The position numbers and the translations under genes are program-made. 64,000 nucleotides of DNA, from the IMG/VR virus record IMGVR_UViG_3300013120_000110, positions 14,710 to 78,709 of that record. One strand, written 5' to 3'. This DNA comes from a virus. The notes under the pieces were generated by a model. It saw only the letters and a program-made list of their open reading frames with translations. It made no database searches and was not told where the DNA came from. The first letter of the stretch is position 1. Every line of letters begins with the position of its first letter. Positions 45,248-54,490 of this stretch are shown here, one piece after another.

Positions 45248-47290
45248 TTACTCCTGAGACACTACTGACTGTCCTAGTGGTGAACATACCGGCTGGTCGG
45301 CCAAGCCTCGGTACGTCCCAAGACCTGAGTTGTATATCGCGTTGACTTTGCCTTGCGTTAGTATGTCATTGTAGAACCGAAGGTCGTCCATCTCAAACTC
45401 CAACGTGCCGTCCCTGCCTCCGTCGTTGTAGGCGAACAAGTAGAGAGGTCTGTCGAAGGCATCCGGTTCACAGGTTACGGCCCAAGTCTCGGTTTCCTCG
45501 ATTGCGACACTAACACCGTCAACGTAGATTTTACAAGCAGCGAATGTCGATGCAAGTACTATGACAATGAAGTGCCACACTCCATCGCTGGTCAGATAGC
45601 CGCCCGATACTGTGTTTACTGCTCGGCGGTTACTGGCATCATCTCGGATTCGCCAGTCAATATCACCCGCATTGTCTCGATTAGTGTTGACAATAAAATA
45701 GTCGTTGCCAACGGCAGCCTTTACACCCATAATTCGAGCATCACCGACGGCAGGCGGAGGGTCCATCTCAGATTTCCACCAGAAGCAGACTGTTGCCCCG
45801 GTTGCCGTATCCTCACCCCAAGTACCTAATCCATCAATACTGACGTACTTGGTTCCGTCCGATACGCCGGAGTTCGTGCCAACATGCCCGGTGGAGAAAG
45901 TGGCGTCACCCGAACCGTGGTAGCCCCTACCAGAAGCATCAAGGTAGTCATTCTCAAACTTGTAATGGGCCACCAAGCTGGAGTCGGCTCCATCTAAGCC
46001 ACTTGTGTCCTCGTGTTGTACCGCACCTATATCAATCTCACTCGTCTGCCCGTAAGTGTCAATACCGGCTGCCCGTAGCAGGGCACCGCCACCCTCAAGA
46101 TTGTTTAGCCTGAAATCAAGGTTGGCCGCGTCAACAAACGGGTCGGCGGTGAGAGTGACCGGATTCACGTCTAGGAAAGCATCAGTTGGGCCATCCCTAC
46201 CACTCACGGAATCACCGTCAGCACAATTCAAGAGGGTCGTGAAAAGCTCCGCGATTCTGAATGAATAACCCCCAGCCGACCAAGATACGCAGTTGATATA
46301 CTGATTATTACGCCTACCATCAAATCCATCACCACCAGAATTATAAGAGACGCAATTAAGCCAATTGGTAGCATAACCGAAGAAGCCATCACCAACAGAG
46401 TTGTAAGCAATACAATGAATCCCAGACGTATCGAAACCGACGCCACAAGTATCCGCTAGGCAGCCCCACGCAACACCACCGCCTCCAAAGCCGTCCCCTG
46501 CACATGAAACTGCGTAACATAGAACTTGTCTGCCATTGTAGATGCCGTAAGTACCATCACAATCCCGGGCGATACACCTATAGAAGTAGTTATAGCCACT
46601 ATGATTCGCATAGAGGCCAGAGGTATTCTGCGAATCCCCGTCTACCTCTATGAAGGCCACCAGATGATACTGCTGCATCCCACCTTTGACCTCAATTACA
46701 TTAGCTGGAGCATTGCCATTACAATGAATGACAGGTCGCGTGCCGGCAAAAGAATCCCGCCCTTCTGCTGAGTCATAGCCTTTGAGATAGAAAGCCTTGC
46801 TGTCCATCTGGCTGTCGTCTAGGTCAAGCGGTCCTTCGGACGTATTGACAACTGCGTTGCCTAAATTATGCGTCCCGCTCCTGACGTATGCATGCATCCC
46901 AACCGCAGTATGATCTGCCGTTTGGAAGATTGCACCAAGTCCACCGATGGAAAGCAACGCCCCGCCGACGTTCAAGGTCATGCCAGTATCGTTTGGCCCG
47001 TTGCGATCTACTTGGATATTGTTGCCATCATTCCGACCGATTATCTCATACCAGCCGGGACCGTTTGAGAGGTAGACGATGTTCCCGATCATCGCATCGG
47101 TAAACAGCCCTCCCGCATCATCATCCGTGAAAACATCGTTGCCGGTGCAAGAGATGTTCGTCCTATTCAATACCGCCGCCGCCTGCTGCGAATAGTCGGT
47201 GCCCGGATCGGCGGAGATGTATCCTCCGCCGTTCGTGTCCGAACCGTCGTCTCGGATTTCCCAGACTGTATCAGCACCAAGAGCCATCAC
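45248..47290 (-). CDS. beta-helix plus LamG/ConA-domain tail or receptor-binding protein
   Basis: NC..Y...GDGF repeats, DPFVDAA..DFRL, DIGAVQ; LVAHYKFE...WHFI...IYVDG...MDDLRFY. Confidence 0.8.
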   Translation of the reverse strand: MMALGADTVWEIRDDGSDTNGGGYISADPGTDYSQQAAAVLNRTNISCTGNDVFTDDDAGGLFTDAMIGNIVYLSNGPGWYEIIGRNDGNNIQVDRNGPNDTGMTLNVGGALLSIGGLGAIFQTADHTAVGMHAYVRSGTHNLGNAVVNTSEGPLDLDDSQMDSKAFYLKGYDSAEGRDSFAGTRPVIHCNGNAPANVIEVKGGMQQYHLVAFIEVDGDSQNTSGLYANHSGYNYFYRCIARDCDGTYGIYNGRQVLCYAVSCAGDGFGGGGVAWGCLADTCGVGFDTSGIHCIAYNSVGDGFFGYATNWLNCVSYNSGGDGFDGRRNNQYINCVSWSAGGYSFRIAELFTTLLNCADGDSVSGRDGPTDAFLDVNPVTLTADPFVDAANLDFRLNNLEGGGALLRAAGIDTYGQTSEIDIGAVQHEDTSGLDGADSSLVAHYKFENDYLDASGRGYHGSGDATFSTGHVGTNSGVSDGTKYVSIDGLGTWGEDTATGATVCFWWKSEMDPPPAVGDARIMGVKAAVGNDYFIVNTNRDNAGDIDWRIRDDASNRRAVNTVSGGYLTSDGVWHFIVIVLASTFAACKIYVDGVSVAIEETETWAVTCEPDAFDRPLYLFAYNDGGRDGTLEFEMDDLRFYNDILTQGKVNAIYNSGLGTYRGLADQPVCSPLGQSVVSQE

Positions 47291-47518
47291 TTACTCCAAA
47301 CCGAGTTGCGGTACGGGTGCCACTTTGGCAATATGGTTCAGCTTCTCGTTGTCTTTCTCTTCCATCAGGGTAACGAACTCCGTCACACGGGCGGCCAGGG
47401 TGTTCACGTCGGCTCCGGTGATGACGGATCGGCCATCGGTGGCGGAACCATCCAGGACGACGGAAGCATCGTTGGGAATCAGGGGACCAATCCCTTGTGC
47501 CGTCCACTCATTCGCCAT
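47291..47518 (-). CDS. small protein, possibly a 5'-truncated remnant
   Basis: IPNDAS...DG...DGR..ITGADV; overlaps the end of the LamG fragment. Confidence 0.5.
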   Translation of the reverse strand: MANEWTAQGIGPLIPNDASVVLDGSATDGRSVITGADVNTLAARVTEFVTLMEEKDNEKLNHIAKVAPVPQLGLE

Positions 47519-47840
47519 TGCCCTGAGCGCCCCTTCCAGTGTGAATTATAAAGAGGTCTAGGTTGTCTTGATTTTTCACACCCATGATCCGAGCATCAGT
47601 AATGATTGGCGGTGACGCATCCGACGACCACCACCAGAAGCAGATCGACCACGGGTTTGGGCCCATGCTGCTACCCCAACTACCAAAGTCCCCGACATCG
47701 ACATGCTCCGTGCCATCCGAATCTGCGGCGTAGTCCCCGGCATGGCCTGTAACGAAATCGGCGGTGCCAGAGCCGTTATGCCCGTTACCGCTACTATCGT
47801 TAAAGTTGTTCTCGAACTTATACCAAGCGTGCAGGCTCAT
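47508..47840 (-). pseudogene. truncated LamG paralog (N-terminal half only)
   Basis: aligns to the LamG domain of 45248-47290 (YKFEN..D.SG.G..GSG.A.F.TGH, CFWW.S...PP...DARIMGVK), then stops. Confidence 0.6.
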
Positions 47841-48268
47841 TAGCCCTTCTTTTTCTCTTTCTTGACCTTGAGCGGCCTTGCCTTCATCGGCGGCAACCGA
47901 ACCATGTGCCCATGGCACTCACGGACATAATCATCGTTGTCGAGCTTCACCTGTAGGGTGCCATCCCCAACAAAGCCGATAAACTTGCCCGGCATCCACT
48001 GGCCGTTGAACTGCGCCTCAACCAATGTTGAGCCGTCCTGTGGTAAACTCTGCCAGTCTACCGTGGGGGGGCGCTCTGGCATCACAATCTCGGGCCGGAT
48101 ACCACAGGCGCGCACAAGGTCCACTAGGGCAATCGCACCCAGTGGACCGGAAACACCCGCCGCATGTAGCATCCGAAGTCGCAGTTGATATTCGTCCTCC
48201 AAAGCCGAGGGGATAGAACCATCCCCAAGCATACGCTCCAAAATGTCTGCGTCTGTCTCTAAAATCAT
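47840..48268 (-). CDS. hypothetical protein with SH3/Tudor-like C-terminus
   Basis: VEAQFNGQW.PG.F...G...VKLD. Confidence 0.6.
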   Translation of the reverse strand: MILETDADILERMLGDGSIPSALEDEYQLRLRMLHAAGVSGPLGAIALVDLVRACGIRPEIVMPERPPTVDWQSLPQDGSTLVEAQFNGQWMPGKFIGFVGDGTLQVKLDNDDYVRECHGHMVRLPPMKARPLKVKKEKKKG

Positions 48269-48306
48269 TTTTCGTTACGCCTTATACACAACATCCCCCT
48301 GTTTAT

Positions 48307-48352
48307 TAAAACACGCGACGGCTAGGACATGGAGGTAAACCTAACCGCCGCG
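48307..48352 (-). terminator. probable terminator after the capsid genes
   Basis: 13-bp stem with G-U pairs on the minus transcript, followed by TGTTTT. Confidence 0.5.
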
Positions 48353-48386
48353 CGGCGTAACGTCATCCCTTCCGTCACGGCTTGAA

Positions 48387-49235
48387 TTACGAGGCATCCT
48401 GGTAAAACGCCCACCAGTCCATATCGAAGGTGACTGCGGTAGCAGCCGATTCCTTGATTCCAGCAAGGAAGTTCAATTCCTCACCATCAGGGAACGTGGC
48501 CGCAGCAATGTTCGTCCCGGTCACGTAAGTACCGTTCGCAACATTATCCACGTAGACCGTGATCCGATACGCAGATTCAGCCTTGGGGTCGTAAACGAAC
48601 CCAAACTTGTACCACGTATCAGCCACAAGAGTCTGAGTAATGGCAATCGGCGTAACAAGACCACCAGAAGCCAACTGATAGACAAATGCCACCGCATCCG
48701 GGTCATCCTCATTGACATCAAAGCCAATCAGGTCCTTAGCCGCAGCCAAGTCGCCATCGTCATCCTTGGTGTCCGCAGCCGCACAGCCTTCCTCAGACAA
48801 GCCGAAGAACACATTCTGGGCTGTAATAGCCGGGAACCGAACCCGCGTCTCGAAGATCGTCAGCTTATCGGCATCAGCCGTATCGCTAATCGCCCCAAGA
48901 ACGCTTGTGGCCTCTCCGGGGCAAAGCCAAGCCTCGTCGTTATCGGTCGCAGCCGTGGTCGAAAACTGAATCACACCACCAGTCTCGGTTGCCATTGGCG
49001 TAATATCGGCACCTGTATCCTCGTAAGAGGTGTACATACCAGCCTCACCAACATAAACATTGGCGGCTGCCTCACCGAACCCAGTAAAATCGTCACCAAT
49101 GAAAAACCCTGCACGCTGCCCAGCCGGGCCAGCCATCAGCGTCCACATCCTCGACCAAAGGCGAGGCGAAAGACCGCGAGTGCTAGCTTCCCCGACGTGA
49201 GACGTGTAAAGGGCATTAGGTTGTAATCCGAACAT
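48387..49235 (-). CDS. capsid-associated / decoration protein
   Basis: directly after the capsid gene; DDF...FETRV...YVD lectin-like fold. Confidence 0.6.
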   Translation of the reverse strand: MFGLQPNALYTSHVGEASTRGLSPRLWSRMWTLMAGPAGQRAGFFIGDDFTGFGEAAANVYVGEAGMYTSYEDTGADITPMATETGGVIQFSTTAATDNDEAWLCPGEATSVLGAISDTADADKLTIFETRVRFPAITAQNVFFGLSEEGCAAADTKDDDGDLAAAKDLIGFDVNEDDPDAVAFVYQLASGGLVTPIAITQTLVADTWYKFGFVYDPKAESAYRITVYVDNVANGTYVTGTNIAAATFPDGEELNFLAGIKESAATAVTFDMDWWAFYQDAS

Positions 49236-49290
49236 TCTGTATCCTCCTATCTGAGCAACCTGTTTTCTCAGGTGCTAATCATCCTAAAAC

Positions 49291-50325
49291 TTACTTGGTC
49301 CCACGGAAGCAAAGCCGCCGATTGACACAGCAGAAGTTCATGGTGTTGTCAATATGCACTTCCCGCACGTTACGCTGCCTTGCGGCGCGGAACGGAGGTG
49401 TGCGCCGCATCGCAGCGCCCTTCTTGCTGTAGGGCCGGAAAACCTTCCAATTCACGCCGTAAATCGGGTCTGTGGTGTCGTTCGCTTCCAGGTAGGGAAC
49501 CCACCTAATCGGCACTCCACCAATCGTCACCTGCCCACGATAACGGGCAAGATCGGCACCCAAGTTGTCGTTCCGAGTCTCAGCCACTCTTTCCAGAGGC
49601 TCCACAACCCTGTAGGTCGTGAACATCTCGTGGTTCGGCTTGCCGTAACCCAACTCTGGGTACGCCACGGGAGGCTGGAAGTACGTGAACGCCAAGGACT
49701 TCTTGATCTTCTGAATCAAGTCATCAATAGTCGGCTGGGTGTACGTGAAGGTCCAGTTTCGCCACCGAGGATACGTGGTCGAACTCACGCTTGCGCAACC
49801 GGAGCTATGCGTACTGGGGTTTCCACCAGCAAACGCACCAGTTGACGCAGAACTTTCGGCCTGCAACCAGAACGGCACACCATACGGCTCAGGGGCCGTG
49901 GTCGAACTGGGGGCACTCCAGAAGTGGATTTCTTGCAGTTCAGCAAGCGAGTTCAAGGCATCATGCTCGCGGAGCTTGAGTATCTTGATAATCGTTTCCC
50001 GATCACTCTGGAAAAAGTCCTCGTTGATGTCGTAACTGTAGTTCGTGGTTGTCATCTTCCAATCCACAGTCCCCGTCTGTAGCACGTCCTCGACCTTGGT
50101 TTGGTCAACGTCATACAGTCCGCTTGTTCTCGCGTTTCCGGTGTTCTTGACTTGGATTTGGAACTTAATCGTCGGCCCACCTTCCTCCTGAACACGCTGC
50201 TTGTCGATCAAGCTAGAGCTAACATACTCTTGGTGTTCAAGGCTCAGGTCAACCCATTTGTACCGCTTAAAGTACGGTTGTGTTGCGGCAACAAAATCAT
50301 CAATCTGATCTAATTGTAGCGCCAT
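49291..50325 (-). CDS. major capsid protein
   Basis: 344 aa following the scaffold gene; EEGG..I, W.....Y, G.P..W.P.L pattern; strong RBS. Confidence 0.75.
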   Translation of the reverse strand: MALQLDQIDDFVAATQPYFKRYKWVDLSLEHQEYVSSSLIDKQRVQEEGGPTIKFQIQVKNTGNARTSGLYDVDQTKVEDVLQTGTVDWKMTTTNYSYDINEDFFQSDRETIIKILKLREHDALNSLAELQEIHFWSAPSSTTAPEPYGVPFWLQAESSASTGAFAGGNPSTHSSGCASVSSTTYPRWRNWTFTYTQPTIDDLIQKIKKSLAFTYFQPPVAYPELGYGKPNHEMFTTYRVVEPLERVAETRNDNLGADLARYRGQVTIGGVPIRWVPYLEANDTTDPIYGVNWKVFRPYSKKGAAMRRTPPFRAARQRNVREVHIDNTMNFCCVNRRLCFRGTK

Positions 50326-50354
50326 TCCCTCTTCTCCTTCTTCTCATACAAGGA

Positions 50355-51452
50355 CTACGCATCCGAAGTCGCTTGTAACTTATCCCAAATCTTGATTACC
50401 TCGGGGTGGTTTGCAGTTTCATCACCTGCGTCTTCATCCGAGGCTTTCGCTGGCGCGACTGGCCGAGCCCTGCCGGGCGCGGGCCGACGCTTTCGCGCCT
50501 GTGCGGCAACACGTTCCTGGTATTGCCGCTTTTCCTCCGCTATAATCTCATCGCCAAACACCAACCGCTCAGCGCGTTTGGTTAAGGCAGCCCATGAGAT
50601 CGGCTCAAGCTGGCGCCCCAAGCGCTCTGCGTGAGCCTGCATACCGTTGTGAAGGGCAACCGTTTGGTTGTAGACCTTCTCTCTATTCGCGTCCTGTTCT
50701 GACTTCAGGCCCCTTTCGGCTCGCCCATACCGGCGCTCATCCAGGGCATCCATGGCCTCATGGAACCCCATAATCGCCTGCCGATCTTCCTCCGCGTGCC
50801 TTGCCTCTTCTACTTGGGCCTGGGCTTTGTTCAACTCCTCCACACGCTCCAGCATCGCGTTGTGGGCTCGAACCAGAGCTACCGTGTCTTCGTCATATCC
50901 GGCATCCTGGTACTTCTTGACATCTAGCTTGCCGACCTGCTCCTCCGCCGTCGGCGCCTCTAGGGGCACTTGGGGCTCGGGTTTGGGTGGGGCTGGAGCA
51001 ACCGGGGCGGCTGGCTTTTGCTCGCCCGCCAGTAATTGACGGTCAAACAACCGTGTAGCACGCTCAAACTCTTCCTTGGACCCAAAATCCTCTAAGTCGG
51101 CATTAGAAATGCCGTAACTGCTGGCTACCTCTCGGGTTTCGTCATCAACCCAGGTCGTTGGCGGCTCACCATCGGTTGGCTCGGGCTCTGTGGGCTCCGG
51201 CTCTACCGGCACATCCTCCACTGGCTTGGTTACAACTGGGTCGCCCCTATCAGGCACAGCCGGGGTGGCATCCGTTCCATTCGCAGCCGGTGGTTCCGAT
51301 GGTTCACCAGGCTTTGCATCGCCTCCTTGCGTCCCCTCGGCAGGCTTTTCCGGCTCAGCATCCGGGTCCCCGCCCCCGGCAATGATCTTTTCCCTATCTG
51401 TCAACTCTAAAACGTCGTCGTTTTCTGTTGGTTTGGTGGCATCTTCCGCCAT
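50355..51452 (-). CDS. capsid scaffolding protein
   Basis: acidic P/E-rich N-terminus, coiled coil; between portal and capsid. Confidence 0.7.
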   Translation of the reverse strand: MAEDATKPTENDDVLELTDREKIIAGGGDPDAEPEKPAEGTQGGDAKPGEPSEPPAANGTDATPAVPDRGDPVVTKPVEDVPVEPEPTEPEPTDGEPPTTWVDDETREVASSYGISNADLEDFGSKEEFERATRLFDRQLLAGEQKPAAPVAPAPPKPEPQVPLEAPTAEEQVGKLDVKKYQDAGYDEDTVALVRAHNAMLERVEELNKAQAQVEEARHAEEDRQAIMGFHEAMDALDERRYGRAERGLKSEQDANREKVYNQTVALHNGMQAHAERLGRQLEPISWAALTKRAERLVFGDEIIAEEKRQYQERVAAQARKRRPAPGRARPVAPAKASDEDAGDETANHPEVIKIWDKLQATSDA

Positions 51453-51475
51453 AAAGTTTCTCCGTTACGCTTTTT

Positions 51476-51525
51476 CTGACATCGCGTCAGGGTTCCATTA
51501 TACCAAAAAAAATCAGTTTTACCAA
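51476..51525 (-). promoter_or_regulatory. internal promoter for scaffold/capsid with operator core
   Basis: minus TTGGTA, 17 bp, TGG-TATAAT (51497-51502); CTGAC-N5-GTCAG at 51476-51490. Confidence 0.65.
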
Positions 51526-51680
51526 ACAATTAGGGGGGTAATTCCTCATCCATTGGGGCTGGAATCTCTTCTTCCTCATCCACTTCGTCTGGATCAGGGT
51601 CCAAATCGTCATCCCCACGCGATAAAAGCCAACTTCCACGGGCCAGTCGGCGGGCAAAATCCACATCATCTCGGCTAGAA

Positions 51681-52160
51681 TCACGCCGTAGCACAGCCAT
51701 AAACCCTCTCAACCATCGTTTTGGCACCATCCAAATCGGCTTGGGACAGGCGCATCCCGCCACAACTCCCCTTATTGGTCATCCCCCGGTGCTTCATGTA
51801 AGCATTGAATGACTTACGGGAATCGGCGTGGACCTGATAGAACGTCGGTTCTGACGGGTCGGGCACAAACCGTATGCCCGTATGCCCATTATCCGCCCGA
51901 TCTTTCTCATATTCCTCAATCCGGCAAACAGAAACCCCGAGGGCATCGCTGACAATCGGGCGGGACAAGGCCCGAGCCTCCTTGACCACGCTCCGGCGTG
52001 CTTCATTGTCCCGCTCCAGTTCGAGGTGGATACACCGCTTGGCAGTAACCCCGTCTGGCAAATCCACGTACCCAGCGGCATCCTGCCGCAAAACGTCGCA
52101 GAACTCCAGTTCCACAACCTCCCCCGTATCCTCGCGCCTAAACAAGTATGGCGCTCCCAT
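51681..52160 (-). CDS. hypothetical head-module protein
   Basis: SDALGV...SRK....YMK.RG; coupled to the portal stop. Confidence 0.6.
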   Translation of the reverse strand: MGAPYLFRREDTGEVVELEFCDVLRQDAAGYVDLPDGVTAKRCIHLELERDNEARRSVVKEARALSRPIVSDALGVSVCRIEEYEKDRADNGHTGIRFVPDPSEPTFYQVHADSRKSFNAYMKHRGMTNKGSCGGMRLSQADLDGAKTMVERVYGCATA

Positions 52161-53950
52161 TACATACCTCCCCCCGCCGCTATGGGCGTCTCAGCCGGGG
52201 CTTGTTCAGCCCTAGCCAGCCAATCGGACTGCGTTTGTGTACTTTGGGCCCCTGGGGTGGCGCCCCCAGCCACATTTCGCCTCACGTAGTTCCGGGTCGT
52301 TTCAGGTGGGCCACCCGTTTCCCCTTCCTGCGCGGCAGCCGGTGGATTGAAGAATTGGACAATATCACTAAACCGGGGCTCATCCAAGAACTCGGCATCC
52401 ATTTCCGCAAGAGCCTTGAAATTGATCGAGCCACCTTGCTGGGCAACCATCTGTCCAGCCGGGATGTAGGTACGATCAAGTAGCGCGTGGATCGTATTCG
52501 CCCTCTCCATTGGGGACCTGTAGGCCATTGAATACACGTCGATGTCCAGGTCGTAATCATAGAAGTGTCCTTGCCGAAGCTCGGGGGTCCAGGTAGCGTC
52601 GATACTGGCGCCATCAACGCCGGGTACGGGCATCCGACCCGGAATCTGCTTTACAGCGTCGTTCCAGAGCATCAAGCCAAGGCAGCGAATCAGCCCACGT
52701 GTAGCTTCTAACACGCGGAGCCGCATCTGAGCCTCTTTGCTCGTGACCTTCCCGGCAATGATTTCCTCTTGCCCAAGCGTTTGAGCCTGGGGCCCGAGGC
52801 CCAGCTTGGCGGGCAAGTTGCCAGCCATGCGGTCAAACAAGTCGATTGCCCCCACAGCGAAAGCCTGGTTGGCAGCATCCACGCCACCACGCTTAATCAC
52901 GCCAAGCTCTTTGGTGTCGTTTACAGCGATCCACTCGCCGTCCACAGCCTTACTCACCCTACCAGCATCATCTTTACCAGTCTGAGTGTAAATGTTGATT
53001 TCCTTTTGACGCTTGGCCTGTCGGGCCTGTTTCCGCAGTAAATCATTCACCAACACCCCTAGCGCCTCAAAAATCGCTGCCGGGGCGGCTGGCATAATGT
53101 TATCAGGCACATCGTAAAATGAGAGCTTTCGGTAAACCCCTTCGGCATCGCCATCCCAATCAAGGACGGCCAAAACCTGACCTTTGCCCTGGAAGCGGCG
53201 AACGGGGTCCATGGGGAAGGTGTAAACCCTGTTCTCCCTGGGAATCCATACGTCCATCAAGTCAATCATCGGCTCGATCTCATCAAAATCGCACTCGTAA
53301 CCTTTGGACATCAATTCGGCCCGTTCAGGGTGTCCGCCAAAGCTCAACTTGCTCGTGGGCTGCAAGTTCGCAACCACTTTCTGGTCGAACACATCGCTTT
53401 TGAGTTGGTCGAATGGAATCCGGTAGGAATCGGCGGCATACTTGATCTGATCCCACCTCTTAACGGAAATGTCGAAAACAAAATCATCCATGCTGACATT
53501 CGAGGCCATGGGTGTGCCTGGGTCTAGCCAGACCCCATCCCACAGTTCTATGGACTCCGTTTCAGCCATGTGGACCTTGATGATCCCCATGCTAAAGAAC
53601 GCATCCGTAACCCAGCGCTGGATAACTCTTTCTAGGTTCATTTCCTGAATCATGTTGTTCAGCGCCACAGCGTAGAGCTTAGAAAAGAACTTCAGGTTTT
53701 GGTGGTTGGTGTCCACCGTCACTCGTGGACGGTTAGCTGCCAGGGCCATTGTGTACGCTTCAACCGCCTGGTGCTGAAGGTTCAGCATCGTGGTCTTATT
53801 GCCGACCCGCGTAGGTTCACCGTAATTCGAGCCCGCGTAGTCTTGTATCAAGCGGTTGCGCAGTTCACGAAACCGCTCCAGCTTTTGATAGCTGATCGTG
53901 ATTGCGTTAAACAGCCGATCCCTGTCAATTTCATTTCGTAATAGGTTCAC
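52160..53950 (-). CDS. portal protein
   Basis: 596 aa downstream of TerL; helical; AQTLGQE.I resembles the TATE motif. Confidence 0.8.
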   Translation of the reverse strand: MNLLRNEIDRDRLFNAITISYQKLERFRELRNRLIQDYAGSNYGEPTRVGNKTTMLNLQHQAVEAYTMALAANRPRVTVDTNHQNLKFFSKLYAVALNNMIQEMNLERVIQRWVTDAFFSMGIIKVHMAETESIELWDGVWLDPGTPMASNVSMDDFVFDISVKRWDQIKYAADSYRIPFDQLKSDVFDQKVVANLQPTSKLSFGGHPERAELMSKGYECDFDEIEPMIDLMDVWIPRENRVYTFPMDPVRRFQGKGQVLAVLDWDGDAEGVYRKLSFYDVPDNIMPAAPAAIFEALGVLVNDLLRKQARQAKRQKEINIYTQTGKDDAGRVSKAVDGEWIAVNDTKELGVIKRGGVDAANQAFAVGAIDLFDRMAGNLPAKLGLGPQAQTLGQEEIIAGKVTSKEAQMRLRVLEATRGLIRCLGLMLWNDAVKQIPGRMPVPGVDGASIDATWTPELRQGHFYDYDLDIDVYSMAYRSPMERANTIHALLDRTYIPAGQMVAQQGGSINFKALAEMDAEFLDEPRFSDIVQFFNPPAAAQEGETGGPPETTRNYVRRNVAGGATPGAQSTQTQSDWLARAEQAPAETPIAAGGGM

Positions 53951-53962
53951 AATAACTCTCCT

Positions 53963-54490
53963 TTAGGCGGCATCAGTCAACACCGCATCCCTTGGGTGAA
54001 ACAACGCAAGCCCGCGTGTTGCTCTTTGCCGGAGCACGCCGATCTTCTCTGCCGTGCCGGGCGCCGCGCTGGTCGGACTGTCTAAATCTCTGTCATTCTG
54101 GCCTTCGCTGAGCGAGCCGTATTGCGCCCTCGCGCGTATGGCGCAGGCCAAACACGGGATGCTAGTAATCTGGCTGTGGCACTTGGCGCACATCAATACC
54201 CGCCCCGGCCCCAGCCGCCCCATTACACCGAGCGGTAGGGGACCACGCCTCCACTCCAGTACCCGTCGGTTTTTTGTTGTACTCAAAACCCGCATGATAG
54301 CTCGTAACCGGGCCCGGCCTTTCTTGGTGTGCTTATCCAACAAGTAGGCGATCCTCTCAAAACCACAAATACCCCCTTGCCATAAGACAAGAACTGCAAT
54401 CGTGGTATCGTTAAGCTGGGACGCATCTGTAAACTTCCGAAACGCATCAGGCCGTCGGGCCAGTATTCTCAAGCCCCCTTTAGGCTCCAC
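53963..54490 (-). CDS. Zn-finger protein with C-terminal PTxAxPGxxEK...LFHPxD motif
   Basis: CAKC...CLAC; the C-terminal motif is recalled from Planctomycete proteins, unverified. Confidence 0.6.
   Translation of the reverse strand: MEPKGGLRILARRPDAFRKFTDASQLNDTTIAVLVLWQGGICGFERIAYLLDKHTKKGRARLRAIMRVLSTTKNRRVLEWRRGPLPLGVMGRLGPGRVLMCAKCHSQITSIPCLACAIRARAQYGSLSEGQNDRDLDSPTSAAPGTAEKIGVLRQRATRGLALFHPRDAVLTDAA

Noticed and set aside
51487-51763. Small CDS between the portal-linked gene and the scaffold
   Set aside because: Two competing frames, one overlapping the promoter; cannot decide which, if either, is real
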